Source: an uncultured Nitrospinota bacterium (lineage in GTDB: Bacteria > Tectomicrobia > Entotheonellia > J063 > CAVPRW01). Taken from it: a stretch of 64,000 nucleotides of DNA. Made by a program: the position numbers and the translations under genes. The notes beneath the pieces are model-generated. The model made no database searches. It was given only the letters and a program-made list of their open reading frames with translations, and was not told the DNA's origin. Location: the NCBI GenBank assembly GCA_963707985.1, contig CAVPRW010000001.1, forward strand, positions 1 to 64,000. Direction: 5' to 3'. This document shows, piece by piece, positions 33,212 to 42,214 of the stretch (the first letter of the stretch is position 1; the number at the start of each line of letters is the position of its first letter).

Positions 33212-34315
33212 ATGGCATATTTCAGCGATCTGTTCTCACCCGAAACGTACGAAGCGTTTTCCCGTTCCTCGCGGGACGTTTCGGGTTTCCAGCTTCGCCA
33301 CAAGCGAATGGCAGAGCGCGTGTCGCCTGGCGATGTCTTTGTCTGCTATCTCACACGCCTGTCGCGGTGGTTCGGGCTACTCGAAGTTGTTGAGGGACCA
33401 TTCATCGACGACACGCCTATTTTCTTGCCAGCAAGTGATCCGTTCGTCGTGCGATTTCGTGTCCGCTCGGTCGTTTGGCTCGACATCGACAAGGCTGTTC
33501 CGATTCACGATGACACGATATGGACGGGGTTGTCTTTCACCCGGGAGCTGGAAAAGGGATCCATTGCTTGGACTGGAAAAGTTCGCGGAAGCCTTGTCCG
33601 TCTCGATAACCGTGACGGTAAGTTCCTAGCCGAGAAGCTTACTGCCCAGTCAGTTGGCGGAAGACTCTATCCACTCGATGAGCAAGAGTCTCGCAAACTC
33701 AGGACCCACACCGTTACCCGTACCGATAAGGTCGTCACCGTTTCAGTTCCGGATGATACGGCCGCAATGGACGAGGCAATCATCGCCCCGGAGACCGAGA
33801 CGCGTGAGTCATCACGCGTTCAGGCTCTCATCGCTAATATTGGGGCGCGCATGGGCATGTCGATTTGGATTCCCCGCAGTGATCGAGCCTCAGTCCTGAA
33901 AGAGTGGAAGAACGAACAGAACACCCTGCTCGCACGTCTTCCTCTCAACTACGACGACACCACGCTGAGAACGATTGAACAGATCGACGTCTTGTGGCTT
34001 CGGGGGCGCTCTATCGTGCGTGCCTTTGAGGTCGAGCATACGACGTCCGTATAGTCGGGTATTCTGCGTATGGCAGACCTGCTGGCGCTACAGCCGAATA
34101 TGGACATCAAGCTACATATCGTGGCGCCCACGACAAAACGCGACAAAGTCTTCCAGGAGATCAGACGACCCGTATTCTCGCTCCTCGAAAAAGGCCCCCT
34201 CGCAGACAGTTGCACCTATCTCTCCTACGACAGTCTGCGTGAACTCGCTTCACAAAGGCATCTTGCTCATCTTTCGGAGACAGTGCTTGACGAATACGCG
34301 GAGGAGGCCGAGTAG
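33212..34315 (+). pseudogene. EVE/PUA-like domain fused to PD-(D/E)xK nuclease; nonsense codon at 34052
   Basis: PGDVFVCY...RF.V N-domain; IDVLW..AFEVEHTTSV*SGILRMADL continues in frame to 34315. Confidence 0.78.
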
Positions 34316-34330
34316 TGTGTGCCAGCCGCC

Positions 34331-34389
34331 GTCTAACAAGGGCCTGGAGCCGACGCGGGAACCCGCGCGGCTCAGGCCCGGCGTTCGGC
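34331..34389 (+). other. attC (59 bp)
   Basis: GTCTAAC...GTTCGGC; same family as 33137. Confidence 0.92.
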
Positions 34390-34458
34390 ATCAGAAGTTC
34401 ACCGCTATGGCTTTTTGAATGTTGTATATAACTGCCATATACATTAGACTCGGTAGCC

Positions 34459-34788
34459 ATGACAGATGACCTTTCACAATGCCGAGGATTCCAGTGGGAT
34501 AAGGGGAATGCAGAAAAGAATTGGGTTCAGCATCGAGTGTCCCAGGGTGAAGCTGAGCAAGTGTTTTTCAACCGCCCGCTGGTGGTCGTCGAAGGGGAGC
34601 AGCGCACCGAGTTCACACGACGGTATTATGCGCTGGGGCACACGGACGCACACCGGCTCCTGTTCATTGTGTTTACCATCCGTGATGATCTCATCCGTGT
34701 GATCTCTGCCCGTCCCATGAGTCAGCGGGAGCGAAGGGTGTACGAGCATGCCAAAGAAGCAGACGCGGGAACCGATCCCACAGTTTGA
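34459..34788 (+). CDS. BrnT-family toxin
   Basis: FQWDKGN..KN...H.VS..EAEQVF, IRVISAR. Confidence 0.9.
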   Translation: MTDDLSQCRGFQWDKGNAEKNWVQHRVSQGEAEQVFFNRPLVVVEGEQRTEFTRRYYALGHTDAHRLLFIVFTIRDDLIRVISARPMSQRERRVYEHAKEADAGTDPTV

Positions 34789-35035
34789 AAACGAAGCCCA
34801 GGAGCAGGAGTTCTGGTCCTCCCACGACTCGATGGACTATGTGAACTGGAGTCAGGCCCAACGCACCACATTCGGGCGGCTCAAGCCTTCTACGCGGACG
34901 ATTTCTCTCCGTTTACCGGTAGCGCTTCTGGAAGATTTGAAACTCTTGGCCAACAAGCGCGACGTGCCCTACCAATCCCTCGTGAAGATTTTTCTGGCGG
35001 AGCGTGTGGCGCAGGAGCAACGTTCACACGTATGA
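34748..35035 (+). CDS. BrnA/CopG-type antitoxin
   Basis: IPQFE.E..E.EFW..HDS, ISLRLP, DVPYQSL. Confidence 0.88.
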   Translation: MPKKQTREPIPQFENEAQEQEFWSSHDSMDYVNWSQAQRTTFGRLKPSTRTISLRLPVALLEDLKLLANKRDVPYQSLVKIFLAERVAQEQRSHV

Positions 35036-35133
35036 GAGCCTGCGGCTCTCACTCTGGGCCACAGGGAGAGAGCTTAGCTGGGACATAGGAGGCATGGGCA
35101 AAGACTCAGAGTGGCGCTCAACGTCTAACCCGT

Positions 35134-35215
35134 GCCGAACAACCGCCTGCAGCCGACTGCCTCCAGCGTCCGCTACGCTCCCGCTTCCGGCAGCGGCTGA
35201 GGCGCAGCGTTGGAC
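35134..35215 (+). other. attC
   Basis: GCCGAAC...CAGCCGACTGCC/GGCAGCGGCTGA...GTTGGAC. Confidence 0.9.
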
Positions 35216-36801
35216 GGACCCGCATGCGGCGGGGGAGGTTGTACAGGCATGAGGAGGCATGGAGCACGGCATGAGCAGTGATGGACACGCCTGGCCAACC
35301 GAGAAGCTCACGCGGCAAACGATTCTCCAGCTGGGGTATGCGGCGTATGCCCACACGCATGCGTTGCCTGCCCAGGTGCGGCGGGCGGTGTGGGCGTTGC
35401 TGGCCTGCCGCACCGCGCGGCTGGGTGGGCACGTCCAGGCCTGTCCGGAGGGGCATGTGGAACGGGTCTGGGACCACGCCTGTCGGCACCGGATGTGTCC
35501 CCCATGTGCCTGGGTGCCGGTCGAACGCTGGCTGGTCCGCCAGCAGGCGCGGTGGTTGGCCTGCGCGCCCGATCAGGTCATCTTCACCATGCCCCACGAG
35601 CTGAAGGCGCGGTGGTGGGCCCACGTGACGGCGATGACCCATCGGCTGTGTGCCAGGGCGCACGACACGTGGCTGGAGCGGCTGGACGATCGCCACTACT
35701 TGGGGGCGCAGCCCGGGATCATCGCCACGCGGCACACCTGGAGCCAGACGTTGCTGCGGCATCCGCACAGGCATTGTTTGGTCACCGGCGGGGGTGTGAG
35801 CCCAGCGGGCCAGTGGGTGGCGGTCAGGAACGGGTTTCTGCTGCCGCTGCGGGTGGTACGGGCGCTGTTCCGGGGCAAGCGGCTCGCAGCCATGCGTCCG
35901 GGCGTGGCGCACGGGACACTGAAGCCCCCTGCGGGCAAGAGCCGCCAGCAGGGGGAGAACTTGCGCAACCAGCTGGGCCGCATGCAGTGGCACGTGCACA
36001 GTCGGGAGCGTTACCCGCACGGGCGCGGGGTGTTGGTCTAGCTGGCCCGGTACCTGCGCGGTGGCCCGCTCGCCAATAGACGCCTGCGGTCGTGTGATGG
36101 GGCGCCGGTGGTCTGCCGGTACGAAGAGCGGGCCCAGGGCCCCGGGGGCCAGGCCACCCAACGGACGATGCGCTTACCGCTCGCCCAGTGCATCGGGCGT
36201 TGGCTCCTCCATGTGCCGCCAGCCGGGGCCGTGCGCGTGCGCGGGTGGGGGCTGGATGGCCACACCCCAGGGGCAGCCCTGGCCCAGTGCCAGCAGCACG
36301 TGGGCCAGGGACGAGAGGAGGTGCCCCCCCCCACACGGGGCACCTCCTGCGGGCGAGACCGGGGGTGAGGTGCCTGCGGAGCGGTGTCCGGTCTGTGGGC
36401 AGCCGCTGGTGTGCACGGCCCTCGTCCCCCGCGCGGGCGTCCCCCCGCCAGCCGAACCGGGTTGGGAGCAGGTGGCATGAGGGAGCGCACGGCCGTGGGA
36501 GACCGGAGGCCAACCCGTCAGGGACCCGTGTGCCCTGTAGAAGGGCGTTTGCGTGCGCGCGTGCTCCACGCCGGCCCCGACGCCTGCCGATGGTGGTGCC
36601 GACCGCCCAGCGTGCCGGCGATTGGTGCCTTGAGAGGGCGCGATGCCAGGGTGGGATCGCGCTCCACGCTCCATAGAAGAACATGAGCCGGCCCATTATC
36701 GGTGCGCGGGCCGTCCAACCAGGCGTTGAAGCGGCCCGCGGCCCGCTCGGGGGTTGGTCTGTGTCTTGGTCTCGCGGCCGCTTAACGCTAATTCGTTCGG
36801 T
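35209..36801 (+). mobile_element. IS91-transposase cassette, copy C (pseudogene ~35259-36480)
   Basis: Starts GTTGGACGGACCCGCA; homologous to copy B, with a stop at 36039 and a frameshift; ends in attC 36713-36801. Confidence 0.87.
36713..36801 (+). other. attC of IS91 cassette C
   Basis: GTCCAAC...AAGCGGCCCGCG / CGCGGCCGCTTAAC...GTTCGGT. Confidence 0.85.
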
Positions 36802-36891
36802 GGCACGATAGAGCATATGTTTCGAGTTCTCATGGGGACAACATGGCATCTTAAACGAAGACGCAAGCCCAATTGAAGGCCACCCATCACG

Positions 36892-37146
36892 ATGCCAACA
36901 GCGTTACGAACAGGTCCATATCGCTTCTACTTTTACTCGTATGATTGCGGTGAGCCGCGACACATGCACGTCGACCGCGAGCACTGGAGCGCCAAATTTT
37001 GGCTCGATCCCGACGTCGCCTTGGCAGTCAATCACGGGTATAACCGTAGGGAGTTACGTGACATCGAGCGCATCATGCGCGAACATCTGGAGACCTTGCG
37101 ACATGAATGGGACGCATTCTGCCGTGGTGACACTCACTCTGCCTAG
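36892..37146 (+). CDS. DUF4160-domain protein (TA toxin-like)
   Basis: GPYRFYFYS, EPRHMHV, AKFWL. Confidence 0.88.
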   Translation: MPTALRTGPYRFYFYSYDCGEPRHMHVDREHWSAKFWLDPDVALAVNHGYNRRELRDIERIMREHLETLRHEWDAFCRGDTHSA

Positions 37147-37414
37147 AGTCGTCAGTGTCACAGTGACAGACGATACGCTATCCGTCGACCTCGAAGATGG
37201 CCGCACAATTGCGGTGCCAATTGGTTGGTATCCGCGTCTGGCGCATGGTTCCCCGGCCGAGCGGTCCCATGTGCAGATCAGCGGGGCGGGTTATGGCTTG
37301 CATTGGCCCGAGCTCGATGAGGATATCGGTGTCGAAGGATTGCTGCTAGGCAAGCCGTCGACAGAAAGTGCCGCCTCGTTTGAGCGCTGGTTGCAGCGGC
37401 GCAAGGCCAGATAA
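37103..37414 (+). CDS. DUF2442-domain protein (TA partner)
   Basis: L.DGR.I.VP..WYPRL, GLHWPELDEDI. Confidence 0.88.
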   Translation: MNGTHSAVVTLTLPRVVSVTVTDDTLSVDLEDGRTIAVPIGWYPRLAHGSPAERSHVQISGAGYGLHWPELDEDIGVEGLLLGKPSTESAASFERWLQRRKAR

Positions 37415-37426
37415 CCCCAAGAGGCC

Positions 37427-37485
37427 GCCGAACCAGGCACTGCAGCGGACGCGGCACACCGCGCCGCTGAGCTTTCGCGTTAGGT
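37427..37485 (+). other. attC
   Basis: GCCGAAC...CAGCGGACGCGG/CCGCGCCGCTGA...GTTAGGT. Confidence 0.9.
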
Positions 37486-37555
37486 GCCGAACGCACAAGA
37501 TCGGAATCGCGGTGCCTTCTGAAGAACGACGCGTGTCAGGGATGAGCCAAAGAGG

Positions 37556-38146
37556 ATGACAGCTGATCTAGCACATCACTTTGACGTATTCCTAAGCCAT
37601 GCCCACGGCGATGCAGACATCGTCGAGCGCCTAGGTGTGAGGCTCACGGACGAGGCTCAGTTACGTGTCTGGCTCGACAGGTGGGTTCTCGTACCCGGAG
37701 AGCATTGGCAGCAGGAAATGGCGAGAGGACTCGAACAGGCAAAGACCTGCGCTGTATGCGTCAGTCGAGACACGCCCGCCGGGTGGTTTCGGGAGGAAAT
37801 CGAGAGGGCGCTAAACCGTCAGGTAAAGGACCCATCATTTCGGGTAATTCCTGTCATTCTCCCAGATGGCGACCGGACGGTTGTCGACAGCTTCCTTGAG
37901 TTACGCACTTGGGTGGACTTTAAGGCAGGAATCGACGACGGCTACGCGCTTCACGTGCTGACCTCTGGAATTCGGGGAAAGCCACCAGGGAGGTACCTTC
38001 CTGGCGAGGCCGCAAGTGGTCTGGCTCTTGAGGTTACGCGTGCGAAGCTCAAGAAGATCAGGAGCTTACGGGACGAGCAACTCATCGACGACAACGTAGC
38101 TCTGGAGTACCAGCGCCGCGTCCTCGACGAGATCATCGGGCGATGA
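37556..38146 (+). CDS. TIR-domain protein with short C-terminal helical (SHOCT-like) tail
   Basis: FDVFLSH, VWLDRW.LVPG, W..EE, VIPVILP, TWVDF. Confidence 0.9.
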   Translation: MTADLAHHFDVFLSHAHGDADIVERLGVRLTDEAQLRVWLDRWVLVPGEHWQQEMARGLEQAKTCAVCVSRDTPAGWFREEIERALNRQVKDPSFRVIPVILPDGDRTVVDSFLELRTWVDFKAGIDDGYALHVLTSGIRGKPPGRYLPGEAASGLALEVTRAKLKKIRSLRDEQLIDDNVALEYQRRVLDEIIGR

Positions 38147-38156
38147 GATAGAAACC

Positions 38157-39782
38157 ATGGAGCACTCAACGAAGTACGACGCGTTCATAAGCTACTCCCG
38201 GCCAGACTCAGAGAGCGCCGAGAAGGTGGCTCGATACCTGCGCGACGTTCGTGGCTTGGAGGTTTGGCTCGACAAGTGGTCTCTAGTTCCGGGAGAGGAC
38301 TGGAGACTGTCCCTTGAGAAGGCGCTTCAGAGCACGTCATCAATAGTGCTTTTTGTCGGGCCCTCCGGGCTGGGGCGATGGCAGGAGGCGGAGTTCGAGG
38401 CCATCCTTCGCCAGCAAGCGACTCGGGAAGCACCGCGGCTCATCCCTGTGTTGCTTCCTGGGGCGCAGCCGGAAATCCTGCCGGCGTTCTTGCGCGACCA
38501 AACTTGGATTGATCTCCGTGGGGACGTCGACGACGATCGCGTCCTAAGTCGTCTCGTAGCGGGAATTGAAAGCGCCGAGGCCGGTGGTGAATTGGCTCAG
38601 GAACAACAGATGGGCGATTCACTGAGGGCTGCGGGAGACTTTGCGGAAGCTACGTCACATTACGAACGTGCATTGAGCATCGCTCGTGTGTCACATGGCA
38701 AGTCGCATCCTATTGTTGCCGATCTACTGATCCGACTTGCGAGCGTCAAGCGAGACCAGGGCGACTACGCTTCGGCCCTAGCTACTTTGCAGGAGGCCTT
38801 GGACCTTGGCGTCAGGGCTTACGGACCCGACTCGGCGTCATTGGCGAGCACATTCAATAATCTGGGGACAGTTCTCCGGGATCTTGGCCGCACAGAAGAG
38901 GCGCTTGCCTATTTCAGGCGTGCGCTCGAGATCGATGAGCGAGCACTCGGACCGAATCATCCAAGTGTCGCGACCCGCCTCAGCAACCTCGCGTCGAGCC
39001 TGCTGGATCAAAGCCGATTGGCGGAGGCTGAGCCGCTGATGCGGCGCGCGCTGGCCATCGACGAGCAGACGCTCGGTCCAGATCACCCCAATGTGGCCGT
39101 GCGGCTCAACAACTTGGCGTCGTTGTTGCTGGCGACCCACCGGTTGGCGGAGGCCGAACCGCTGATGAGGCGCGCCTTGGCTATCGACGAACAGATCTTC
39201 GGTCCAGATCATCCCAACGTGGCCAGAGACTTGAACAACCTCGCCGCGTTGCTGCAGGACATGCGCCGCTTGGCGGAGGCTGAGCCGCTGATGCGGCGCG
39301 CCCTGGCCATCGACGAGCAGAGCCTCGGTCCGGATCACCCCAACGTGGCCGTGCGCCTCAACAACCTTGGCACCCTGCTTCAGGGCACGGGCCGGCTCGC
39401 GGAGGCTGAGCCGCTGATGCGGCGCGCGCTGGCCATCGACGAGCAGAGGCTCGGCCCGGATCACCCCAATGTGGCCGTGCGCCTTAACAACTTGGCGTCG
39501 TTGTTGCTGGCGACCCACCGGTTGGCGGAGGCCGAACCGCTGATGAGGCGCGCCCTGGCTATCGACGAACAGAGCTTCGGTCCAGATCATCCCAACGTGG
39601 CCAGAGACTTGAACAACCTCGCCGCGTTGCTGCAGGGCGCCGGTCGTCTGAGGGAGGCCACGCCACTGATGCGCCGAGTGGTGGGCATCTTCGAAAGGAG
39701 TCTCGGCAAAGACCATCCCTCAACAAGACTTGCTCTAGCAAACCTGAACAAGGTCAGCTCCGTTGCCGGGGACGGCACCTAA
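38157..39782 (+). CDS. TIR-domain plus 42-aa tetratricopeptide-repeat protein
   Basis: YDAFISYS, VWLDKW.LVPG, WQEAE, LIPVLLPG, then repeated AEPLMRRALAIDEQ.LGPDHPNVA..LNNLA. Confidence 0.93.
   Translation: MEHSTKYDAFISYSRPDSESAEKVARYLRDVRGLEVWLDKWSLVPGEDWRLSLEKALQSTSSIVLFVGPSGLGRWQEAEFEAILRQQATREAPRLIPVLLPGAQPEILPAFLRDQTWIDLRGDVDDDRVLSRLVAGIESAEAGGELAQEQQMGDSLRAAGDFAEATSHYERALSIARVSHGKSHPIVADLLIRLASVKRDQGDYASALATLQEALDLGVRAYGPDSASLASTFNNLGTVLRDLGRTEEALAYFRRALEIDERALGPNHPSVATRLSNLASSLLDQSRLAEAEPLMRRALAIDEQTLGPDHPNVAVRLNNLASLLLATHRLAEAEPLMRRALAIDEQIFGPDHPNVARDLNNLAALLQDMRRLAEAEPLMRRALAIDEQSLGPDHPNVAVRLNNLGTLLQGTGRLAEAEPLMRRALAIDEQRLGPDHPNVAVRLNNLASLLLATHRLAEAEPLMRRALAIDEQSFGPDHPNVARDLNNLAALLQGAGRLREATPLMRRVVGIFERSLGKDHPSTRLALANLNKVSSVAGDGT
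38850..39740 (+). repeat. 126-bp tandem coding repeats (TPR)
   Basis: About seven 126-bp units; segments starting near 39111 and 39489 (378 bp apart) are nearly identical. Confidence 0.9.
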
Positions 39783-39854
39783 CAACCGCATGCACCTGAC
39801 CGACTACAGCGGGCTTCGCCCGCTTCCGCCGGCAGGTGATGCGGGGCGTTAGCC
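39777..39854 (+). other. attC
   Basis: ACCTAAC (complement of GTTAGGT)...CACCTGAC/GCAGGTGA...GTTAGCC. Confidence 0.92.
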
Positions 39855-39857
39855 TTC

Positions 39858-40769
39858 ATGAAGAGGATAACGATGCTTCGGTACATACTTGACAGATTGC
39901 CCTATATAGGTCGTCTACGTAAACAGATTAGAGATGCCGGTCTATATCCAGCAGGCCACTACTATTCACCAATTCCAAAACATGAGGAGATTGTAGTATA
40001 TTTAGAATCCACGAAAACAGACAAGCTTGAACTTCCAGCCATCGATTTGAATAGGCAAAATCAGTTTGAGCTTCTCACAGCATTTCAAGCTTTCTATGAT
40101 GATTTGCCTTTCCCAGAAACAAAGAACCAGGAATGTCGCTACTACTATGATCAAAGTGTTTTCTGTTACGCAGATGCTATTTTTCTCTATAGTTTTCTGA
40201 GACATATCAAGCCACGAAGAATCATAGAAGTTGGATCAGGTTTTTCGTCAGCGGTTATCCTTGATACTGTTGAAAGGTTTTTCCTTCAGCCACCCGAAAT
40301 GACGTTTATAGAGCCTTATCCAGATCGTCTCAGACGGCTATTAAAATCTCATGATGAAGGAGCAACTCGAATCATTGAGAGAAAAGTTCAAGAAGTGCCT
40401 ATTGATACCTTCAGTTCGTTACGTGCTGGAGATCTGTTATTCATTGATTCAACGCATGTCATAAAGTGTGGTAGCGATGTACAGTTTCTGATGTTTGAAG
40501 TCCTCCCCCAAATGCCTACTGGCGTTTTCGTGCACTTCCATGATGTCTTCTACCCATTTGAGTATCCAGCAGAATGGTTACTCAAGGGGATATATTGGAA
40601 CGAAGATTATTTTCTTCGAGCTTTTCTGTCATATAACAGCGCATGGGAGATCTCTTTCTTCAATACTTATGTAGCGACCGTCTTCAAAGACTTTCTCCTA
40701 GAAAAGATGCCGCTCTGTCTGAAGAATACTGGAGGAAGCCTATATATTCGAAGAACCGGAAAAGGCTAA
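39858..40769 (+). CDS. class I SAM-dependent methyltransferase (AT-rich cassette)
   Basis: GHYYSPIP, IIEVGSGFSS, LFIDSTH, HFHDVF.PFEYP, WNE.Y. Confidence 0.88.
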   Translation: MKRITMLRYILDRLPYIGRLRKQIRDAGLYPAGHYYSPIPKHEEIVVYLESTKTDKLELPAIDLNRQNQFELLTAFQAFYDDLPFPETKNQECRYYYDQSVFCYADAIFLYSFLRHIKPRRIIEVGSGFSSAVILDTVERFFLQPPEMTFIEPYPDRLRRLLKSHDEGATRIIERKVQEVPIDTFSSLRAGDLLFIDSTHVIKCGSDVQFLMFEVLPQMPTGVFVHFHDVFYPFEYPAEWLLKGIYWNEDYFLRAFLSYNSAWEISFFNTYVATVFKDFLLEKMPLCLKNTGGSLYIRRTGKG

Positions 40770-40845
40770 CAAGGCACTGCACCTGACTGCCTCCAGCCTC
40801 CGCTGCGCTGCGGCTTCCGGCAGCAGGTGAGCTTGGGCGTTCGGC
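40764..40845 (+). other. attC
   Basis: GGCTAAC...CACCTGACTGCC/GGCAGCAGGTGA...GTTCGGC. Confidence 0.92.
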
Positions 40846-41081
40846 GCCTGCGGCGGAAGACTCCCAAAGGGAGATAGCATCTATGCAAAAAGGCTGGGGA
40901 GACCTAACATACCTCCTCCGCAGCGCAGCGACACAACAAGACGCCCATCATCCTTTGGAAGCGCTTCGGGTTTTTCCATTCCACGGCCACTGTGACCCCA
41001 TGCTGGCAGGCACCATCCCACTCGACATGGATCTTCCTGGCGGTGCCCTCGACATGGTGTGTGCGGTAGACAGAGGACATC

Positions 41082-41417
41082 ATGGCAGCATACGGTGAAT
41101 GGAATCGCAAGGGAGCGACGCTGAGCGACGTCACTGCCAAGGCCGAATACGGCGTGAGCCAGGACTGCATTGTCAAAGGCATCCAGACCGGCAAACTTGA
41201 GTACCGCGAAGGTTCGATTTGGGGCAATCCGTATCTCAGGGTCTTGAGAAGTCAGCTTGAGCAATACATTGCTGAGGAACTTGGAGAGGACTACTTGCTC
41301 AAAGTACAGGGCCAAACAGAGTTGCGTAGGGTCAAAAAGGAGATATCCAATCTCAAGAAGAGACTCGAGGGACTTCAAGAACGACAGCATGAGCTTGAGG
41401 CATCATTGGGCATATGA
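41082..41417 (+). CDS. hypothetical protein with C-terminal coiled coil
   Basis: GAGGA RBS; 111-aa ORF inside a cassette. Confidence 0.7.
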   Translation: MAAYGEWNRKGATLSDVTAKAEYGVSQDCIVKGIQTGKLEYREGSIWGNPYLRVLRSQLEQYIAEELGEDYLLKVQGQTELRRVKKEISNLKKRLEGLQERQHELEASLGI

Positions 41418-41511
41418 CAAATCACCGAATAATCGACACCAGCCGACGGTGAAGACTGGGGTGCCCATACTCAGGGGTGGGGGGAGTCCGGTGTCCTGGG
41501 TCATGTCCTGC

Positions 41512-41583
41512 GCCGAACAAGGCGCTCCACCGGACGGCAATTCCGCTGTGCTCCATTGCCGCCGGTGAGCTTTTGCGTTCGGT
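41512..41583 (+). other. attC
   Basis: GCCGAAC...CACCGGACGGCAAT/ATTGCCGCCGGTGA...GTTCGGT. Confidence 0.92.
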
Positions 41584-41603
41584 GCCAGAAGGAGGGAGAC
41601 AGC

Positions 41604-41813
41604 ATCGCGCAGGATTATGTGGGTCAGAAGGTCGCTGATATCCTCAAGCGGAAGAAAGCAAGTATTAAGCAGGCGCGCTTACCGCAAGGCTGTCCGGCTT
41701 GGGACGCCTTTATAGAGATGACATGGGAGCAGATTGAAGTCGGGGCGCGTGCCAATAGACCAGGATTTAAGGTCGTTCGCAAGTTGTTAACGGATAAGAG
41801 GTTTGATAAATGA
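41604..41813 (+). CDS. small basic protein (expected start codon reads ATC)
   Basis: GGAGG RBS then ATC-GCG-CAG...; ends KLLTDKRFDK; stop overlaps next ATG. Confidence 0.6.
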   Translation: MAQDYVGQKVADILKRKKASIKQARLPQGCPAWDAFIEMTWEQIEVGARANRPGFKVVRKLLTDKRFDK

Positions 41814-42073
41814 GCGCGCACCCCTTTCGCAAACTGACGACGTTTTTGAAGCGACTTGAGGAAGTCCACATCCATTACACATTGGCCTGCCATCGGGAGG
41901 ACGCAATCATGGTGCTGGTCACGGTGCCGGGCGAACGCTGGGAGGTCGAATTTTTGGGTGATGGGTCGATCGAGGTGGAGCGCTTTCTAAGCACCGGCGA
42001 GATCTGCGGCGAAGACGCTTTCAGCGAGCTGTGGACCAAGTACGCAGATCCCGAGCATGCGGAAACCCGATGA
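41810..42073 (+). CDS. small acidic protein, putative immunity/antitoxin partner
   Basis: REDAIMVLVTVPGERWEVEFLGDGSIEVERF; translationally coupled to upstream ORF. Confidence 0.7.
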   Translation: MSAHPFRKLTTFLKRLEEVHIHYTLACHREDAIMVLVTVPGERWEVEFLGDGSIEVERFLSTGEICGEDAFSELWTKYADPEHAETR

Positions 42074-42120
42074 GGAGATCGGTCGGGAACTGCGACGTCC
42101 TGCAAGGCATCGAATCCTGC

Positions 42121-42179
42121 ACCGAACCAGGGCCTGGAGCCGACGCGGTCACCCGCGCGGCTCAGGCCCAGCGTTAGGC
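42121..42179 (+). other. attC (59 bp)
   Basis: ACCGAAC (complement of GTTCGGT)...GTTAGGC; same family as 33137. Confidence 0.92.
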
Positions 42180-42214
42180 GCCGGAAACCCCCTCTGCGCC
42201 ACAAGGAGCTTCTC

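Noticed and set aside
28127..36801. GTTC after all three IS91 cassettes as the IS91 target tetranucleotide
   Set aside because: About 10 of 22 junctions in this array begin GTTC anyway, and the strand polarity appears opposite to the canonical IS91 arrangement. Not usable as evidence.
41423..41450. ACCGAAT...CAGCCGAC as an additional attC
   Set aside because: Only a left-arm-like fragment with no complementary right arm, so it was not counted.
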